From Syntrophales bacterium (lineage in GTDB: Bacteria > Desulfobacterota > Syntrophia > Syntrophales > PHBD01), in the NCBI GenBank assembly GCA_963668175.1, contig OY764159.1, positions 1,024,001 to 1,088,000 on the forward strand: 64,000 bases of DNA, read 5' to 3'. This document shows, one piece after another, positions 25,810-37,235 of the stretch. The notes beneath the pieces are model-generated. The model saw nothing but the letters and a program-made list of their open reading frames with translations. It was not told the DNA's origin and did no database searches. Every line of letters begins with the position of its first letter. The first letter of the stretch is position 1. Made by a program: the position numbers and the translations under genes.

Positions 25810-25999
25810 AGACATCAAGGAACTGGGGTTGGCGGAGCTTAAGCAGAAGAACAGAGACTTGCAGGAAGAACTGTTTCGCCTTCGTATCAGGCACACGACA
25901 GGTCAGCTGGATTCCACGGCGACACTGGGGAAGGTGAAGAAGGATATCGCCCGGATTAAAACCGTGCTCAGAGAAAAGGAGGCCGGCGGTTCGCAATGA
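25799..25999 (+). CDS. rpmC: 50S ribosomal protein L29
   Basis: ELFRLR...KKDIARIKT. Confidence 0.95.
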   Translation: MKIKDIKELGLAELKQKNRDLQEELFRLRIRHTTGQLDSTATLGKVKKDIARIKTVLREKEAGGSQ

Positions 26000-26253
26000 A
26001 GGAACGTGGCAATAAAAGGACGATCAAAGGCGTTGTGATCAGCAACAAAATGGACAAGACCATCGTCGTCCGTTCAGAAAGAATCGTAAAGCACCCGGTA
26101 TTTCAGAAATATGTCCGGAGACACGTGAAATACATGGCCCATGATGAAGAAAACCGCTGTCAAATCGGCGACAAGGTTCTGATCGTGGAATCAAGGCCTC
26201 TCAGCAAGGAAAAACGTTGGAGAATCCGCGAGATTCTGGAGAAGGCGAAGTAG
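25996..26253 (+). CDS. rpsQ: 30S ribosomal protein S17
   Basis: SNKMDKTIVV, ESRPLSK. Confidence 0.97.
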   Translation: MKERGNKRTIKGVVISNKMDKTIVVRSERIVKHPVFQKYVRRHVKYMAHDEENRCQIGDKVLIVESRPLSKEKRWRIREILEKAK

Positions 26254-26294
26254 CATAAGGGAAAATACAGCGGTTTAATGTTGGGAGTGTTGTT

Positions 26295-26663
26295 ATGATT
26301 CAGATGCAGACCATCTTAAATGTGGCGGATAACTCAGGCGCGAGGAAGGTCGCGTGCATCAAGGTCCTTGGCGGGTCCAAAAGAAGATATGCCAGTGTGG
26401 GCGACGTGATCGTCGTCTCCGTTAAAGAAGCCCTTCCGAATTCGAAAGTGAAAAAGGGCGACGTGATGAGGGCCGTCATCGTAAGGACCGTGAAGGAAGT
26501 TCGGCGCCCCGACGGTTCATTTCTGAAATTTGACGATAATTCCGCGGTCCTGATCTCCAACCAGATGGAGCCGATCGGAACCAGAATATTCGGACCAGTA
26601 GCGAGGGAACTTCGAGCGAAGCAATTCATGAAGATCATCTCACTTGCTCCCGAGGTCTTATAA
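26295..26663 (+). CDS. rplN: 50S ribosomal protein L14
   Basis: [19 protein letters not shown]. Confidence 0.98.
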   Translation: MIQMQTILNVADNSGARKVACIKVLGGSKRRYASVGDVIVVSVKEALPNSKVKKGDVMRAVIVRTVKEVRRPDGSFLKFDDNSAVLISNQMEPIGTRIFGPVARELRAKQFMKIISLAPEVL

Positions 26664-26686
26664 CAGCGGCAGACGAGGAAGATAAA

Positions 26687-27001
26687 ATGCAGGGATTGAA
26701 AAAAGGCGATTTGGTAAAGGTCATTGCCGGCAAGGAAAAGGGACGGACGGGGAAGATCTTGAAGACGATCCGGGAAAAAGACCGCGTGGTCGTCGAGAAG
26801 CTGAACCTCCTCAAGAAGCACAAAAGGGCGGATGCCAAGTCGAAGGGCGGCGTCATCGAGAAAGAAGGCTCGATCCATGCCTCCAACGTGCTCCTGATCT
26901 GCAACAAGTGCGATACGGGTGTCCGTCTGGGTTACAAAATCCTGGAAGACGGAAAGAAGGTTCGTGTCTGCAAGAAATGTAATGAGATATTAGAAGCGTA
27001 G
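26687..27001 (+). CDS. rplX: 50S ribosomal protein L24
   Basis: KKGDLVKVIAGKEKG, IHASNV; two CxxC pairs. Confidence 0.96.
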   Translation: MQGLKKGDLVKVIAGKEKGRTGKILKTIREKDRVVVEKLNLLKKHKRADAKSKGGVIEKEGSIHASNVLLICNKCDTGVRLGYKILEDGKKVRVCKKCNEILEA

Positions 27002-27013
27002 GGACTGTAAACC

Positions 27014-27553
27014 ATGGCGAGATTAAAGGAATATTATCTGAAGGAAGTCGTTCCCGCTCTGATCAAGGAATTCCAGTATAAGAACCGGATGGAAGTCCCG
27101 AAGTTTGAGAAGATCGTGGTGAATATGGGACTGGGTGAGGCGATTCAGAATGTGAAAATACTCGAAAGCGCCCAGGCCGAACTGGCCATGATTACGGGTC
27201 AGAAACCCGTCGTCACCAAGGCCCGCAAATCCATTGCAACCTTCAAGCTTCGGCAGGGGATGTCCATCGGATGTTCCGTGACCCTGAGAAAAGAGAGAAT
27301 GTTCGAGTTTTTCGACCGGCTGGTCAATGTTGCCCTGCCCAGGGTCAGGGACTTCAGGGGGATTTCCTCCAAGTCCTTCGACGGGCGCGGGAATTTCGCC
27401 ATGGGATTGAAGGAACAGATTATCTTTCCGGAAATCGAATACGACAAAATCGACAAGATCAAGGGCATGAACATCGTGATTGTCACGTCGGCGAAGACGG
27501 ATGACGAGGCCAGACAACTCCTCAAACTCATGGGATTGCCGTTTAGACATTAA
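27014..27553 (+). CDS. rplE: 50S ribosomal protein L5
   Basis: [21 protein letters not shown]. Confidence 0.98.
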   Translation: MARLKEYYLKEVVPALIKEFQYKNRMEVPKFEKIVVNMGLGEAIQNVKILESAQAELAMITGQKPVVTKARKSIATFKLRQGMSIGCSVTLRKERMFEFFDRLVNVALPRVRDFRGISSKSFDGRGNFAMGLKEQIIFPEIEYDKIDKIKGMNIVIVTSAKTDDEARQLLKLMGLPFRH

Positions 27554-27591
27554 GAACAGGTCAGATATCAAGCATTACGCCAGGAGGCACT

Positions 27592-27777
27592 GTGGCAAAG
27601 AAATCGTTGATCGCCAAGGCAAAAAGAAAAACGAAGTTTGCGGTACGCGTCTATAATCGCTGCCCGATCTGCGGCAGACCGAGAGCGTATTATCGTAAAT
27701 TCGATATGTGCAGAATATGCCTGAGGAACCTTTCTCTGAAAGGCGAAATCCCCGGCGTAATCAAATCGAGCTGGTAA
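27592..27777 (+). CDS. rpsZ: 30S ribosomal protein S14 type Z
   Basis: 61 aa, CPICGR...CRIC; GTG start. Confidence 0.96.
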   Translation: MAKKSLIAKAKRKTKFAVRVYNRCPICGRPRAYYRKFDMCRICLRNLSLKGEIPGVIKSSW

Positions 27778-27839
27778 GAATAAGCACCCTCCTGCGCAAG
27801 CGGCGGGATAATACAGTGAAGAAGTGAAGGAGCGGCTTT

Positions 27840-28241
27840 ATGGGTATGACAGATCCGATCGCGGATATGTTAACCAGGATCAGAAATGCGAATAAGATGC
27901 ATTTCAAGAGTGTCGATGTGATGCTGTCCCGGATGAACACGGATGTTGCGAAAGTGCTGAAGGCGAGCGGTTTCATCAGCGGCCACGACGTCAAAAAAGG
28001 CGAGGATGGCCGTGAAATTCTCAGGGTATACCTGAAGTATCCCGATGCCAGGAGAAACGTGATCAGCGGCATCCAACGGGTGAGCAAGCCGGGGCGCAGG
28101 ATATACGTGAAGAGTGAGAAGATTCCGAAGGTCCTGAACGGTTATGGAATTGCAATCCTGTCTACATCGAAGGGGATTATGACGGACAAACAGGCCAGGG
28201 AACAGAATGTCGGCGGAGAGATCCTCTGCAACGTCTGGTAA
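27840..28241 (+). CDS. rpsH: 30S ribosomal protein S8
   Basis: TDPIADMLTRIRN, SKPGRR, GGEILC. Confidence 0.97.
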   Translation: MGMTDPIADMLTRIRNANKMHFKSVDVMLSRMNTDVAKVLKASGFISGHDVKKGEDGREILRVYLKYPDARRNVISGIQRVSKPGRRIYVKSEKIPKVLNGYGIAILSTSKGIMTDKQAREQNVGGEILCNVW

Positions 28242-28283
28242 ACGGTCGTCCGCTGGCCATCAAGAATATCGGGAGTTTTTTTC

Positions 28284-28826
28284 ATGTCAAGAATTGGTAA
28301 AAAGCCCATCGCGCTTCCAAAAGGGGTTAAGATAACCCGGGATAATAATGTCATCAAGGTTGAGGGCCCCAAGGGAACCCTGACCATGGGGATGCCGGGA
28401 AATGTCGAGATTGCCATGGAGAACGAAACGGTCCTGGTGAAGCGGGCCTCGGATGCCCGGGAAGACCGCTCCGTTCACGGTTTGGCGAGGACATTGCTCT
28501 CCAATATGATTACGGGTGTCAGCGCCGGCTTCGAAAAAGGACTGGAAATTTCCGGTGTGGGATACCGTGCCGAGATTGCCGGCAACAACCTTAAGATGGT
28601 GCTGGGTTATTCCAATCCGGTGGAATACAGGATTCCGAAAGGGATCGCCGTCAAGGTCGACAAACAGGTCAATATCGTCGTCTCCGGCATCGACAAACAG
28701 CTTGTCGGACGTACTGCCGCCGAAATCAGGGCCCTGAAGAAGCCGGAGCCCTACAAGGGAAAAGGGATCAAATACGTCGGTGAGCATGTCCGCCGCAAGG
28801 TCGGGAAGTCGGTCGGTACGAAATAG
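28284..28826 (+). CDS. rplF: 50S ribosomal protein L6
   Basis: [18 protein letters not shown]. Confidence 0.97.
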   Translation: MSRIGKKPIALPKGVKITRDNNVIKVEGPKGTLTMGMPGNVEIAMENETVLVKRASDAREDRSVHGLARTLLSNMITGVSAGFEKGLEISGVGYRAEIAGNNLKMVLGYSNPVEYRIPKGIAVKVDKQVNIVVSGIDKQLVGRTAAEIRALKKPEPYKGKGIKYVGEHVRRKVGKSVGTK

Positions 28827-28861
28827 TCACGATTGCAGATACCCTAGGGAGAGGTAGAACA

Positions 28862-29227
28862 TTGTCTTCGAAAAAGCTGGAAAGAACCAAGGAAAAGAGA
28901 AAGAAGCGGATCAGGGGCAAAATTCACGGAACGTCGGAAAGACCCCGTCTGTCCGTGTATCGGAGTGCCAGGCATATTTACGCCCAGGCCGTTGACGACG
29001 TCCTCGGAAGAACCTTGGCCTCTGCATCCACTTTGAGCAAGGAGCTGAAGGAAGCCATCGCGGAGAAGAAGAAGGCGGAAGCTGCCAATGCGGTGGGGAA
29101 ACTGGTTTCGCAGAAGCTCGCCGGTTTGGGGATACAGAAGGTTGTCTTCGACCGGGGCGTGTACCTCTATCACGGACGGGTGAAAGCCCTGGCCGAAGGG
29201 GCGCGCGAGGCAGGGCTGGAGTTTTAA
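28862..29227 (+). CDS. rplR: 50S ribosomal protein L18
   Basis: [26 protein letters not shown] start. Confidence 0.96.
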   Translation: MSSKKLERTKEKRKKRIRGKIHGTSERPRLSVYRSARHIYAQAVDDVLGRTLASASTLSKELKEAIAEKKKAEAANAVGKLVSQKLAGLGIQKVVFDRGVYLYHGRVKALAEGAREAGLEF

Positions 29228-29259
29228 ATCCCAGAAATACTTATGTGAGGATATGATCA

Positions 29260-29751
29260 TTGGATAAGACGGGTATGGAAGAATTGGAACTTCTGGACCG
29301 AGTGATTGCGATCAATCGGACGGCCAAGGTTGTCAAGGGTGGAAGAAGATTCAGGTTCAGCGCCATCGTCGTCGTCGGCGACGGAAAAGGGGCCGTTGGA
29401 GCAGGATTGGGGAAGGCCCATGAAGTTCCCGAAGCGATCCGGAAGGGGATGGAGCAGGCCAAGAAAAGCATGGTGCGTGTAGCCGTCAAAAACCGGACGA
29501 TTCCCTACGAGATCATCGGTCACTATGGCGCAGGCCGCGTCTTGCTTAAACCCGCATCGGAAGGAACGGGACTCATTGCCGGCGGCGCCGTGAGGGCCGT
29601 GCTCGAAGTCGCAGGCGTCCACAATATTCTGACGAAGTGCCTGGGGTCGCACAATCCGCACAACCTGGTCAAGGCAACGATTGAAGGGCTCAGCAAGCTG
29701 AAGGACCCGGCGATGATCTCCGAACTCCGGGGCGTCGATGCATCCCAGTAA
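29260..29751 (+). CDS. rpsE: 30S ribosomal protein S5
   Basis: [16 protein letters not shown]. Start is TTG 29260 or ATG 29275. Confidence 0.96.
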   Translation: MDKTGMEELELLDRVIAINRTAKVVKGGRRFRFSAIVVVGDGKGAVGAGLGKAHEVPEAIRKGMEQAKKSMVRVAVKNRTIPYEIIGHYGAGRVLLKPASEGTGLIAGGAVRAVLEVAGVHNILTKCLGSHNPHNLVKATIEGLSKLKDPAMISELRGVDASQ

Positions 29752-29797
29752 ACGGCGGACAAGAACATAAACTGACGACAAACACATCCGGGAAAGG

Positions 29798-30004
29798 GTG
29801 GTTCTGGCGGTGAAGCTTAAGATTACACAGATCAGAAGTTATATAGGAAGACCGGAAAAACAGCGAAAGATCCTCAAAGGGATGGGGTTGGGCAAAATGC
29901 ACAAAACCGTTTACTTGGTGGATACGCCCGAGATACGCGGCATGGTCAAGAAGATAGAGCACCTGGTTGCCGTCGAAGAAGTTGCAGAAGGGAAGCAGTC
30001 ATGA
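29798..30004 (+). CDS. rpmD: 50S ribosomal protein L30
   Basis: [11 protein letters not shown]...IRGMVKKI. Start uncertain. Confidence 0.93.
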   Translation: MVLAVKLKITQIRSYIGRPEKQRKILKGMGLGKMHKTVYLVDTPEIRGMVKKIEHLVAVEEVAEGKQS

Positions 30005-30438
30005 ATCTAGGATCATTGAAACCACCTGCGGGTTCGCGAAAGAAGAGGAAAAGGGTCGGCCGCGGCGGCGATCACGGCGGTACGTCCTGTAAGGGCGCCA
30101 AGGGCCAGAATGCCCGCTCCGGCGGAGGCGTAAGGCCCGGCTTCGAAGGCGGACAGATGCCTCTGGCGAGGCGGCTTCCGAAGAGGGGGTTCCGTAACTA
30201 CAGTCGCAAACAGATCGAGACGGTCAATATCGCCTCGCTCAATATATTTCCGGCCGGTACCGTGGTCGATGAAGCGCTTTTGAAGAGCCACGGACTTATC
30301 AAAAGGACGGGAGATGGTGTCAAAGTGCTTGGCAAGGGCACCTTGGAGCAACCCCTCTCTCTCAAATTGAACCTGATCAGCCGCGGCGCCAGGGAAAAGA
30401 TACTGGCCGCAGGCGGTTCCGTTATAGAGGTTGTCTGA
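30001..30438 (+). CDS. rplO: 50S ribosomal protein L15
   Basis: [20 protein letters not shown]. Confidence 0.97.
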   Translation: MNLGSLKPPAGSRKKRKRVGRGGDHGGTSCKGAKGQNARSGGGVRPGFEGGQMPLARRLPKRGFRNYSRKQIETVNIASLNIFPAGTVVDEALLKSHGLIKRTGDGVKVLGKGTLEQPLSLKLNLISRGAREKILAAGGSVIEVV

Positions 30439-30439
30439 A

Positions 30440-31744
30440 TTGCTAGAAGGCGTTTCCAATATCCAGAAAATTCCTGAGCTGCAGAAGAGAATCCTGTTCA
30501 CGTTCTTGCTTCTCGTCGTCTACCGTATCGGCGTCCATGTCACGACACCGGGTATCGACGCCGGCGCCCTGGCTGCCTTCATGGAGCAGACCAAGGGATC
30601 GCTTCTGGAATTGTTTAACATGTTTGCCGGCGGGGCACTGAGCAACTTCTCGGTCTTCACCCTGGGGATCATGCCCTACATTAGCGCATCGATCATCCTC
30701 CAGCTTTTGACCGTGGCCATTCCGCATCTGGAGAAGCTCTCCAAGGAAGGAGAGGCCGGAAGACGAAAGATCACACAGTATACCCGTTACGGTACGGTTG
30801 TCTTGAGCCTTATTCAGGGATTTGCCATCGCCATCGGCCTGGAGCATCAGACGGTTGGCAGCATGCCCCTGGTGATCGATCCGGGCTGGGGATTCAGGCT
30901 CATGACCATGCTGACACTGACGGCGGGAACCGCCTTTATCATGTGGCTCGGCGAACAGATTACCGAGAAAGGGATCGGCAACGGCATATCCCTGATCATC
31001 TTTGCCGGAATCGTCTGCCGTGCGCCTGCGGCGATACTGCAGACCTTCAGTATGCACTCGGCGGGTGAAATGGGCATATTCATCATCCTGTTCCTGATCA
31101 TCTTCATGGTCGGCGTGGTCGGCCTGATCGTCTTTGTCGAAAGCGGGCAGCGGCGCATTCCCATTCAGTACGCCAAGAGGGTGGTCGGTAGAAAGGTTTA
31201 CGGCGGGCAATCGACCCATCTGCCGCTGAAAGTCAATACGGCGGGCGTCATTCCGCCGATATTTGCGTCGTCCATCATGATGTTTCCGGCGACGATCGCG
31301 AATTTTGTGGACCATCCCTGGATGAAGGCCTTTGCCGATTCGATGAAAATGGGGACCTGGACCCATGAGATACCTTATGTCGCGTTGATCGTCTTTTTCT
31401 GTTATTTTTACACGGCCGTGATGTTCAATCCGGTCGATGTGGCGGACAATATCAAGAAGTACGGCGGTTATATCCCGGGTATCAGACCGGGTAAGAAGAC
31501 GGCGGAATATATCGACGAAGTCCTGACGAAACTGACTTTCGGAGGGGCCATCTATGTTTCGGCCATCTGCGTGCTGCCGAGTATTCTTTATGCCTATTTC
31601 AACGTGCCCTTTTATTTCGGTGGTACGGCTCTGCTTATCGTTGTCGGTGTCGCTCTTGATACGGCAGGACAGATTGAAACGCACCTTCTGACCAGGCAGT
31701 ATGAAGGGTTCATGAAAAAAGGACGGATCGCCAGAAGACGGTAG
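30440..31744 (+). CDS. secY: Preprotein translocase subunit SecY
   Basis: [27 protein letters not shown] 30440 fits the SD spacing better than 30431. Confidence 0.97.
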   Translation: MLEGVSNIQKIPELQKRILFTFLLLVVYRIGVHVTTPGIDAGALAAFMEQTKGSLLELFNMFAGGALSNFSVFTLGIMPYISASIILQLLTVAIPHLEKLSKEGEAGRRKITQYTRYGTVVLSLIQGFAIAIGLEHQTVGSMPLVIDPGWGFRLMTMLTLTAGTAFIMWLGEQITEKGIGNGISLIIFAGIVCRAPAAILQTFSMHSAGEMGIFIILFLIIFMVGVVGLIVFVESGQRRIPIQYAKRVVGRKVYGGQSTHLPLKVNTAGVIPPIFASSIMMFPATIANFVDHPWMKAFADSMKMGTWTHEIPYVALIVFFCYFYTAVMFNPVDVADNIKKYGGYIPGIRPGKKTAEYIDEVLTKLTFGGAIYVSAICVLPSILYAYFNVPFYFGGTALLIVVGVALDTAGQIETHLLTRQYEGFMKKGRIARRR

Positions 31745-31772
31745 CGGTTGTTTTGCACCCAGAGCATTGAGG

Positions 31773-32522
31773 ATGGTTATATTAAAATCGCCGGAAGAGA
31801 TCGAGAAACTCCGCAGAAGCAACCGGATTGTCGCTGAAGTATTGAGAGACATTGTTGACAGGGTAAAGCCCGGGGTGACAACATCGGAGCTGGACCGCCT
31901 GTCGGGAGAACTGGCCGAGAAAAAAGGGGCCAAGCCGGCGTTCAAAGGATACAGAGGTTATCCGTACGCTCTTTGCACATCGGTCAATGCCGAAGTCGTC
32001 CACGGCATGCCGTCCGACCGGCGGCTTAAAGAGGGCGATATCCTCAGCATCGATTTCGGCGTCGATTATAAGGGATATTTCGGAGATGCAGCCGTAACGG
32101 TGCCGGTAGGCGCCGTCAGCGATGACGCCTTGAGGCTCATGCGGGTTACGGAAGAATCTCTTTATAAAGCGATCGAGGTCGCGAAGGTCGGCAACCGGCT
32201 GGGGGACATCTCCGGTGCGGTGCAGTCCCATGTCGAGGATGCGGGTTATGCTGTCGTCAGGGATTTTGTCGGTCACGGAATAGGCCGCATGCTCCACGAG
32301 GAGCCGCAGGTTCCGAATTACGGTATCCGCGGGCGCGGCATTGAGTTGAGGGCTGGTATGGTGCTGGCCATCGAACCGATGGTCAATGAAGGAACATTCA
32401 AAGTCCGTGTATTGTCGAACGGCTGGACGGTGGTGACCCAGGACGGAAAACTGTCGGCCCATTTCGAGCATTCTGTTGCGATAACGCAGAACGGGCCGGA
32501 GATACTCAGTCAGTTGCACTGA
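31773..32522 (+). CDS. map: Methionine aminopeptidase type I
   Basis: VVHGMP, GHGIG, IEPM, SAHFEH. Confidence 0.96.
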   Translation: MVILKSPEEIEKLRRSNRIVAEVLRDIVDRVKPGVTTSELDRLSGELAEKKGAKPAFKGYRGYPYALCTSVNAEVVHGMPSDRRLKEGDILSIDFGVDYKGYFGDAAVTVPVGAVSDDALRLMRVTEESLYKAIEVAKVGNRLGDISGAVQSHVEDAGYAVVRDFVGHGIGRMLHEEPQVPNYGIRGRGIELRAGMVLAIEPMVNEGTFKVRVLSNGWTVVTQDGKLSAHFEHSVAITQNGPEILSQLH

Positions 32523-32563
32523 GAAAGAATGACCGCGGTGTGCGCGGTCGGAGTTTTTACATT

Positions 32564-32782
32564 ATGGCGAAAGAGGAAGCGATAGAGGTTGAAGGCAGGG
32601 TTATCGAGCCCTTGCCGAACGCCATGTTTCGCGTCGAGTTGGAAAACGGACACCGGGTGCTGGCCCACATTTCCGGGAAGATGCGGATGCATTTCATCAA
32701 GATCCTTCCCGGCGACAAGGTCACCGTCGAGCTGTCGCCCTATGATCTGACGCGGGGCAGGATTACATACAGGGCAAAATAG
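32564..32782 (+). CDS. infA: Translation initiation factor IF-1
   Basis: [11 protein letters not shown]...[10 protein letters not shown]. Confidence 0.97.
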   Translation: MAKEEAIEVEGRVIEPLPNAMFRVELENGHRVLAHISGKMRMHFIKILPGDKVTVELSPYDLTRGRITYRAK

Positions 32783-32843
32783 GGGTGGCCTCAAGCCACG
32801 TATCGGCGTCATAATCAGGATTACGAGCATAAGGGGATATCTT

Positions 32844-32957
32844 GTGAAAGTCAGATCTTCCGTAAAAAAAATGTGCGATAAGTGCAAGATTATCAAAAGG
32901 CGGGGCGTCTTGAGGGTAATTTGCGAGAACCCGAAGCATAAGCAGCGTCAAGGATAA
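32844..32957 (+). CDS. rpmJ: 50S ribosomal protein L36; not in ORF track
   Basis: Translated by hand from [40 protein letters not shown]. Confidence 0.95.
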   Translation: MKVRSSVKKMCDKCKIIKRRGVLRVICENPKHKQRQG

Positions 32958-32977
32958 CAAGCCGTAGGAGGTTTTTT

Positions 32978-33346
32978 GTGGCCAGAATAGCAGGCGTGGA
33001 TTTACCCAAAAATAAGAGGATGGAGATTGCGTTGACCTATATCTACGGGATAGGCCGGACGAAGGCTATGGAGATCCTGGCGGAGGCAGGCGTCAGTCCC
33101 GATACGAAGACGGATGTTCTGGCCGACTCGGAAATTACCGCCATCAGAAATATCATCGACAAAGAGCACAAAGTCGAGGGCGATCTGCGCAGAGATATCT
33201 CCATGTCGATCAAGAGACTTATGGATTTGGGATCTTACCGGGGATTGCGACACAGGAAGGGATTGCCTGTCCGGGGCCAGAGAACCGGTACCAACGCGCG
33301 GACGCGAAAGGGTCCGAGACGTTCCGTGGCAGGGAAGAGGAAGTAA
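32978..33346 (+). CDS. rpsM: 30S ribosomal protein S13
   Basis: [24 protein letters not shown]. Confidence 0.97.
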   Translation: MARIAGVDLPKNKRMEIALTYIYGIGRTKAMEILAEAGVSPDTKTDVLADSEITAIRNIIDKEHKVEGDLRRDISMSIKRLMDLGSYRGLRHRKGLPVRGQRTGTNARTRKGPRRSVAGKRK

Positions 33347-33378
33347 CAGCGAGCAGAAGATCATGAGCCGGAGGTAGC

Positions 33379-33771
33379 ATGGCCAAACCATCGAGAAAAA
33401 CGGGAAAGAAAAAAGAGAAGAAGAATATAACGGAAGGCGTGGCCCATATCCAGTCTACGTTCAATAACACGATCGTGACGATTACCGATATGAGCGGGAA
33501 CGTCATCGCCTGGGCATCGGCCGGCATGCAGGGATTCAAGGGGTCGAGGAAGAGCACCCCGTTCGCCGCGCAGCTCGCTGCGGAAGATGCCGTTAAAAAA
33601 GCCAAGGAGCACGGATTGAGAACCGTGCAGGTCTATGTCAAGGGGCCGGGGTCCGGCCGAGAATCGGCTCTCAGGTCGCTCCAACTCGCGGGCCTGAATA
33701 TCAGCCTCATCAGGGATGTGACGCCTATTCCCCACAACGGCTGCCGGCCTCCGAAGAGAAGAAGGGTATAA
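33379..33771 (+). CDS. rpsK: 30S ribosomal protein S11
   Basis: [22 protein letters not shown]. Confidence 0.98.
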   Translation: MAKPSRKTGKKKEKKNITEGVAHIQSTFNNTIVTITDMSGNVIAWASAGMQGFKGSRKSTPFAAQLAAEDAVKKAKEHGLRTVQVYVKGPGSGRESALRSLQLAGLNISLIRDVTPIPHNGCRPPKRRRV

Positions 33772-33859
33772 ACATCAAAAACTGATATGCGCGGATGCCT
33801 GTCCCTCAGGGGCGCTGCGCGGGTAACCACCAATATCGAAGGAACGACAGGGAGGTATT

Positions 33860-34486
33860 TTGGCAAGGTATAAAGAATCCGTGTGCAGATTGTGCCGAAG
33901 AGAAGGATTGAAACTGTTTCTCAAGGGAGACAGGTGCTACACCGAAAAGTGCGCCTACGAGCGGCGGGGATACGCCCCGGGTGAGCACGGACAGCTTCGG
34001 AGAAAGTATTCGGACTATGGGGTTCAGCTCCGGGAAAAGCAGAAACTCAAGAGGATGTACGGCCTGCTCGAGAAGCAGTTCAAGGGCAACTTCGAGAGAG
34101 CAGACCGGCAGAAGGGGATAACGGGTACGAACCTTCTTCTCTTGCTGGAAAGACGGCTCGACAACATGGTCTTTCGGATGGGGTTTGCCAATTCACGGAA
34201 TGAAGCAAGGCAACTTGTCAGACATAACCATTTCCTGGTCAGTTCAAAACCGGTCAATATCCCCTCCTATATAGTAAAGGTCGGTGACGAGATTCAACTG
34301 CGGGAAAAGAGCAGGACGGTGGAACGCATACTGGAGGCTATGGAGACCATAGCGCGCAGGGGTGTTCCCTCGTGGCTCGAATTGGACAAGGCCAATTTTA
34401 AGGGAACCGTCAAGGCAATGCCCGGTCGTGAAGATCTTACCATGCCGGTACAAGAACAATTAGTGGTTGAGCTGTATTCCAAGTAG
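33860..34486 (+). CDS. rpsD: 30S ribosomal protein S4
   Basis: [24 protein letters not shown] start. Confidence 0.97.
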   Translation: MARYKESVCRLCRREGLKLFLKGDRCYTEKCAYERRGYAPGEHGQLRRKYSDYGVQLREKQKLKRMYGLLEKQFKGNFERADRQKGITGTNLLLLLERRLDNMVFRMGFANSRNEARQLVRHNHFLVSSKPVNIPSYIVKVGDEIQLREKSRTVERILEAMETIARRGVPSWLELDKANFKGTVKAMPGREDLTMPVQEQLVVELYSK

Positions 34487-34544
34487 TCGCACCGTTAATT
34501 GGAACCAGGTACGGATTTTCACCACAACATAAGGAAATGAATCT

Positions 34545-35558
34545 ATGCAAAGAAATTGGCGCAGCTTGATACGGCCCAAGAGGATTGAGATTGATGAAAC
34601 AAGCCGGTCGCGTTTTTATGGCGAATTTACCTGTCAGCCCCTGGAAAGGGGTTTCGGCATTACGCTGGGGAACGCGATCAGACGGGTCCTTTTGTCGTCC
34701 ATCCAAGGGGCGGCGATTGTGTCCGTGAAAATTGATGGTGTATTGCATGAATTCGATACGGTCCCGGGGATCAAGGAAGATGTGACCGACATTATCATGA
34801 ATCTCAAGGGAGTCCGGGTCAAGCTCCATCAGGACGGTCCGAGGGCCGTTCGCATCGAAAAGACGGAGGAAGGCATCATTACGGCGGCCGATATCATTAC
34901 TGACGGCAATGTCGAGGTCCTTAATCCCGACCATTACATCGCGACATTGTCCGGCGATGCGACATTCAAAGCCGATATGTACGTAAAACTCGGCAAGGGT
35001 TACGTTCCGGCGAAAAGAGAACGGGAGTTCGATCAGCCCGAAGGAACGATCAACATCGATGCCATCTATTCGCCGATCAAGAAGGTCAATTACACGGTAA
35101 CCCATGCCCGCGTCGGGCAGATCGCCGACTATGACCGTCTGATTCTCGAAGTATGGACCGACGGCAGCGTCCTGCCGGAAGATTCCGTCGCCTACGCGGC
35201 CAAAATATTGAAGGAACAGCTCGACGTCTTCATCAATTTCGACGAAATCGAGGAAGAAGAGCAGCCTATCAAGGAAGAGAAAGAAGACATCAACAATATC
35301 CTCCTGCGGCGGGTCGATGACCTGGAGCTTTCGGTCAGGTCGATGAACTGCCTTAAAAATGCGGGCATCGAGTTGATCGGGGAACTGGTTCAGAAGACGG
35401 AAGCAGAGATGCTCAAGACGAAAAACTTCGGGCGCAAGTCCCTTAACGAAATCAAGGTCATCCTTGATGAAATGGGCCTGAGTTTCGGTATGAAGCTGGA
35501 ATTTACACCCTGGAACAAGGAACAGGCCAAGGATTACGAAGACTCCCAGGCGGAATAG
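34545..35558 (+). CDS. rpoA: RNA polymerase subunit alpha
   Basis: [27 protein letters not shown]. Confidence 0.98.
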   Translation: MQRNWRSLIRPKRIEIDETSRSRFYGEFTCQPLERGFGITLGNAIRRVLLSSIQGAAIVSVKIDGVLHEFDTVPGIKEDVTDIIMNLKGVRVKLHQDGPRAVRIEKTEEGIITAADIITDGNVEVLNPDHYIATLSGDATFKADMYVKLGKGYVPAKREREFDQPEGTINIDAIYSPIKKVNYTVTHARVGQIADYDRLILEVWTDGSVLPEDSVAYAAKILKEQLDVFINFDEIEEEEQPIKEEKEDINNILLRRVDDLELSVRSMNCLKNAGIELIGELVQKTEAEMLKTKNFGRKSLNEIKVILDEMGLSFGMKLEFTPWNKEQAKDYEDSQAE

Positions 35559-35589
35559 AAAACATTTAATATAGGAAAGGACAGCAACC

Positions 35590-36000
35590 ATGCGTCATGG
35601 CAAATCGGGAAAAAAGCTAGGGAGAACATCGAGCCATCGAAAGGCCATGTTGCGGAACATGGTGACTTCCTTGTTTAAATATGAAAAGATCGAAACGACG
35701 GACAGTAAAGCCAAGGAACTCAGAAAAGTGGCCGATAAAATGGTGACCCTGGGCAAGCGCGGCGATCTCCACGCGAGGAGGCAGGCGCTCTCCTATGTAA
35801 GGGACGGCGAAGTCGTTGGGAAGCTGTTCAGCGATCTTTCCGAGCGCTTCCGTGAGCGTAAAGGCGGTTACACGAGAATCGTCAAAACGGGATTCCGCGT
35901 CGGCGACAATGCCCCCATGTCCATCATCGAATTGACTGCGGAAGTGAAAAAAGCCAAGGCAAAGGCGAAGGGAAAGAAGAAGGCCGCCGCGGCTGCATAA
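35590..36000 (+). CDS. rplQ: 50S ribosomal protein L17
   Basis: MRHG...[23 protein letters not shown]. Confidence 0.97.
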   Translation: MRHGKSGKKLGRTSSHRKAMLRNMVTSLFKYEKIETTDSKAKELRKVADKMVTLGKRGDLHARRQALSYVRDGEVVGKLFSDLSERFRERKGGYTRIVKTGFRVGDNAPMSIIELTAEVKKAKAKAKGKKKAAAAA

Positions 36001-36022
36001 TAGAATTCCGGTATAATTGAAG

Positions 36023-36056
36023 AAAAAAGCAGGCTTGGATCAAGCCTGCTTTTTTT
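36023..36056 (+). terminator. Intrinsic terminator ending the alpha operon (potentially bidirectional)
   Basis: AAAAAAGCAGGCTTG-GAT-CAAGCCTGCTTTTTTT perfect stem with U-tract. Confidence 0.9.
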
Positions 36057-36070
36057 ATATGGATATATTC

Positions 36071-36099
36071 TTGTCATATCCGCCTAAGAGTGTTATAAT
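36071..36099 (+). promoter_or_regulatory. Strong sigma70 promoter with extended -10
   Basis: TTGTCA (36071-36076), 17 bp spacer, TG-T-TATAAT (36091-36099). Confidence 0.8.
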
Positions 36100-36149
36100 A
36101 TTCACTAAATTTAAAGCTCTACAAAACGGTTCGGATAAGGAGGTTCATT

Positions 36150-36410
36150 ATGCCGGAAGAAAAAATAGGCGAAGTAGTCAAATTTTTTGCAAAACCGAGT
36201 GTCGCGGCAGTCAAGATCACGGCCGGCGAAGTCAACATCGGCGATAAGATCAAATTCTTCGGCCATACCACCGATTTTACGGATACCCTGGAATCAATGG
36301 AGGTGAATAACCAGAAAATCGAAAAGGCCGTTCCCGGCGACTATATCGGCGTCAAGACTTCGGACCGCGTCCGTCCCGGCGACGAAGTGTTTAAAGTGAT
36401 CCCCGACTGA
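36150..36410 (+). CDS. Small stand-alone translation-protein beta-barrel (EF-Tu domain II / U32 peptidase C-terminal-like)
   Basis: TAAGGAGG SD; IGEVVKFF...GDKIKF.G...V+SM+...AVPGD.IGVK...VR.GDEVF pattern. Confidence 0.7.
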   Translation: MPEEKIGEVVKFFAKPSVAAVKITAGEVNIGDKIKFFGHTTDFTDTLESMEVNNQKIEKAVPGDYIGVKTSDRVRPGDEVFKVIPD

Positions 36411-36455
36411 TACGGATATGGACGTCCGATCATCCTTGGCGGCTGAGGGATCGTA

Positions 36456-37235
36456 ATGATGAATATCAGGGTATTGGGGTGTCACGGATCGAGTCATCCG
36501 GGCTTCAACACAACGGCCTTCCTTTTAAATGAAAATATCCTGATTGATGCTGGCACGGTTGTGTCGGTGCTGGCGCCGGAGGATCAGGCCAAGATCGATT
36601 ATATCCTCGTTACGCACGCCCATCTGGACCATATCAAGGATATCCCTTTTCTGGCGGACAATATATACTACGACCGGAGAGAATCGCCGCTGGTCGTCAT
36701 CAGCAAGGATAACATCCTGGAGACGATCCACACCCATCTCTTTAACGGGGATGTTTGGCCCGATTTCACGAAAATTCCCGACAGCGACCATCCGGTCCTG
36801 GCGTTTCGCCCCATCGAGAGCAATAAAGGCATTACCATCGACGGATTCAAGGTAACCGCCGTGGAAGTCAATCATGCCGTGGAGACCGTGGCGTATGTCG
36901 TGGAGTCCGTAGACGGCACGGTCATTTTTATAGGCGATACGGGTCCGACGGACGAAATATGGGATATCGCGAATAAGACGGCCAATCTGAAGGCCATATT
37001 CGTGGAGACTTCCCTGCCTGACAAGATGCAGCACGTGGCGGACGTTACGGGTCATCTAACGCCGGCGGCTCTCGGTGAGGAGTTGCGTAAGCTGGAGACG
37101 CTCCAGACGGACGTCTATCTCTATCATATGAAACTCATGTACCGTCCGTTCATCAAGAGCGAACTGGCTCTTCTGGAAAAGAAGAATATGCACATCCTCC
37201 AGGACGGACAGGTCATCAGGATCGGAGCCGTCTGA
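36456..37235 (+). CDS. MBL-fold hydrolase, class II 3',5'-cyclic-nucleotide phosphodiesterase-like
   Basis: VLGCHG, IDAGT, THAHLDH, HLFNGDVWPDF, GDTGP, GHLTP. Confidence 0.8.
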   Translation: MMNIRVLGCHGSSHPGFNTTAFLLNENILIDAGTVVSVLAPEDQAKIDYILVTHAHLDHIKDIPFLADNIYYDRRESPLVVISKDNILETIHTHLFNGDVWPDFTKIPDSDHPVLAFRPIESNKGITIDGFKVTAVEVNHAVETVAYVVESVDGTVIFIGDTGPTDEIWDIANKTANLKAIFVETSLPDKMQHVADVTGHLTPAALGEELRKLETLQTDVYLYHMKLMYRPFIKSELALLEKKNMHILQDGQVIRIGAV

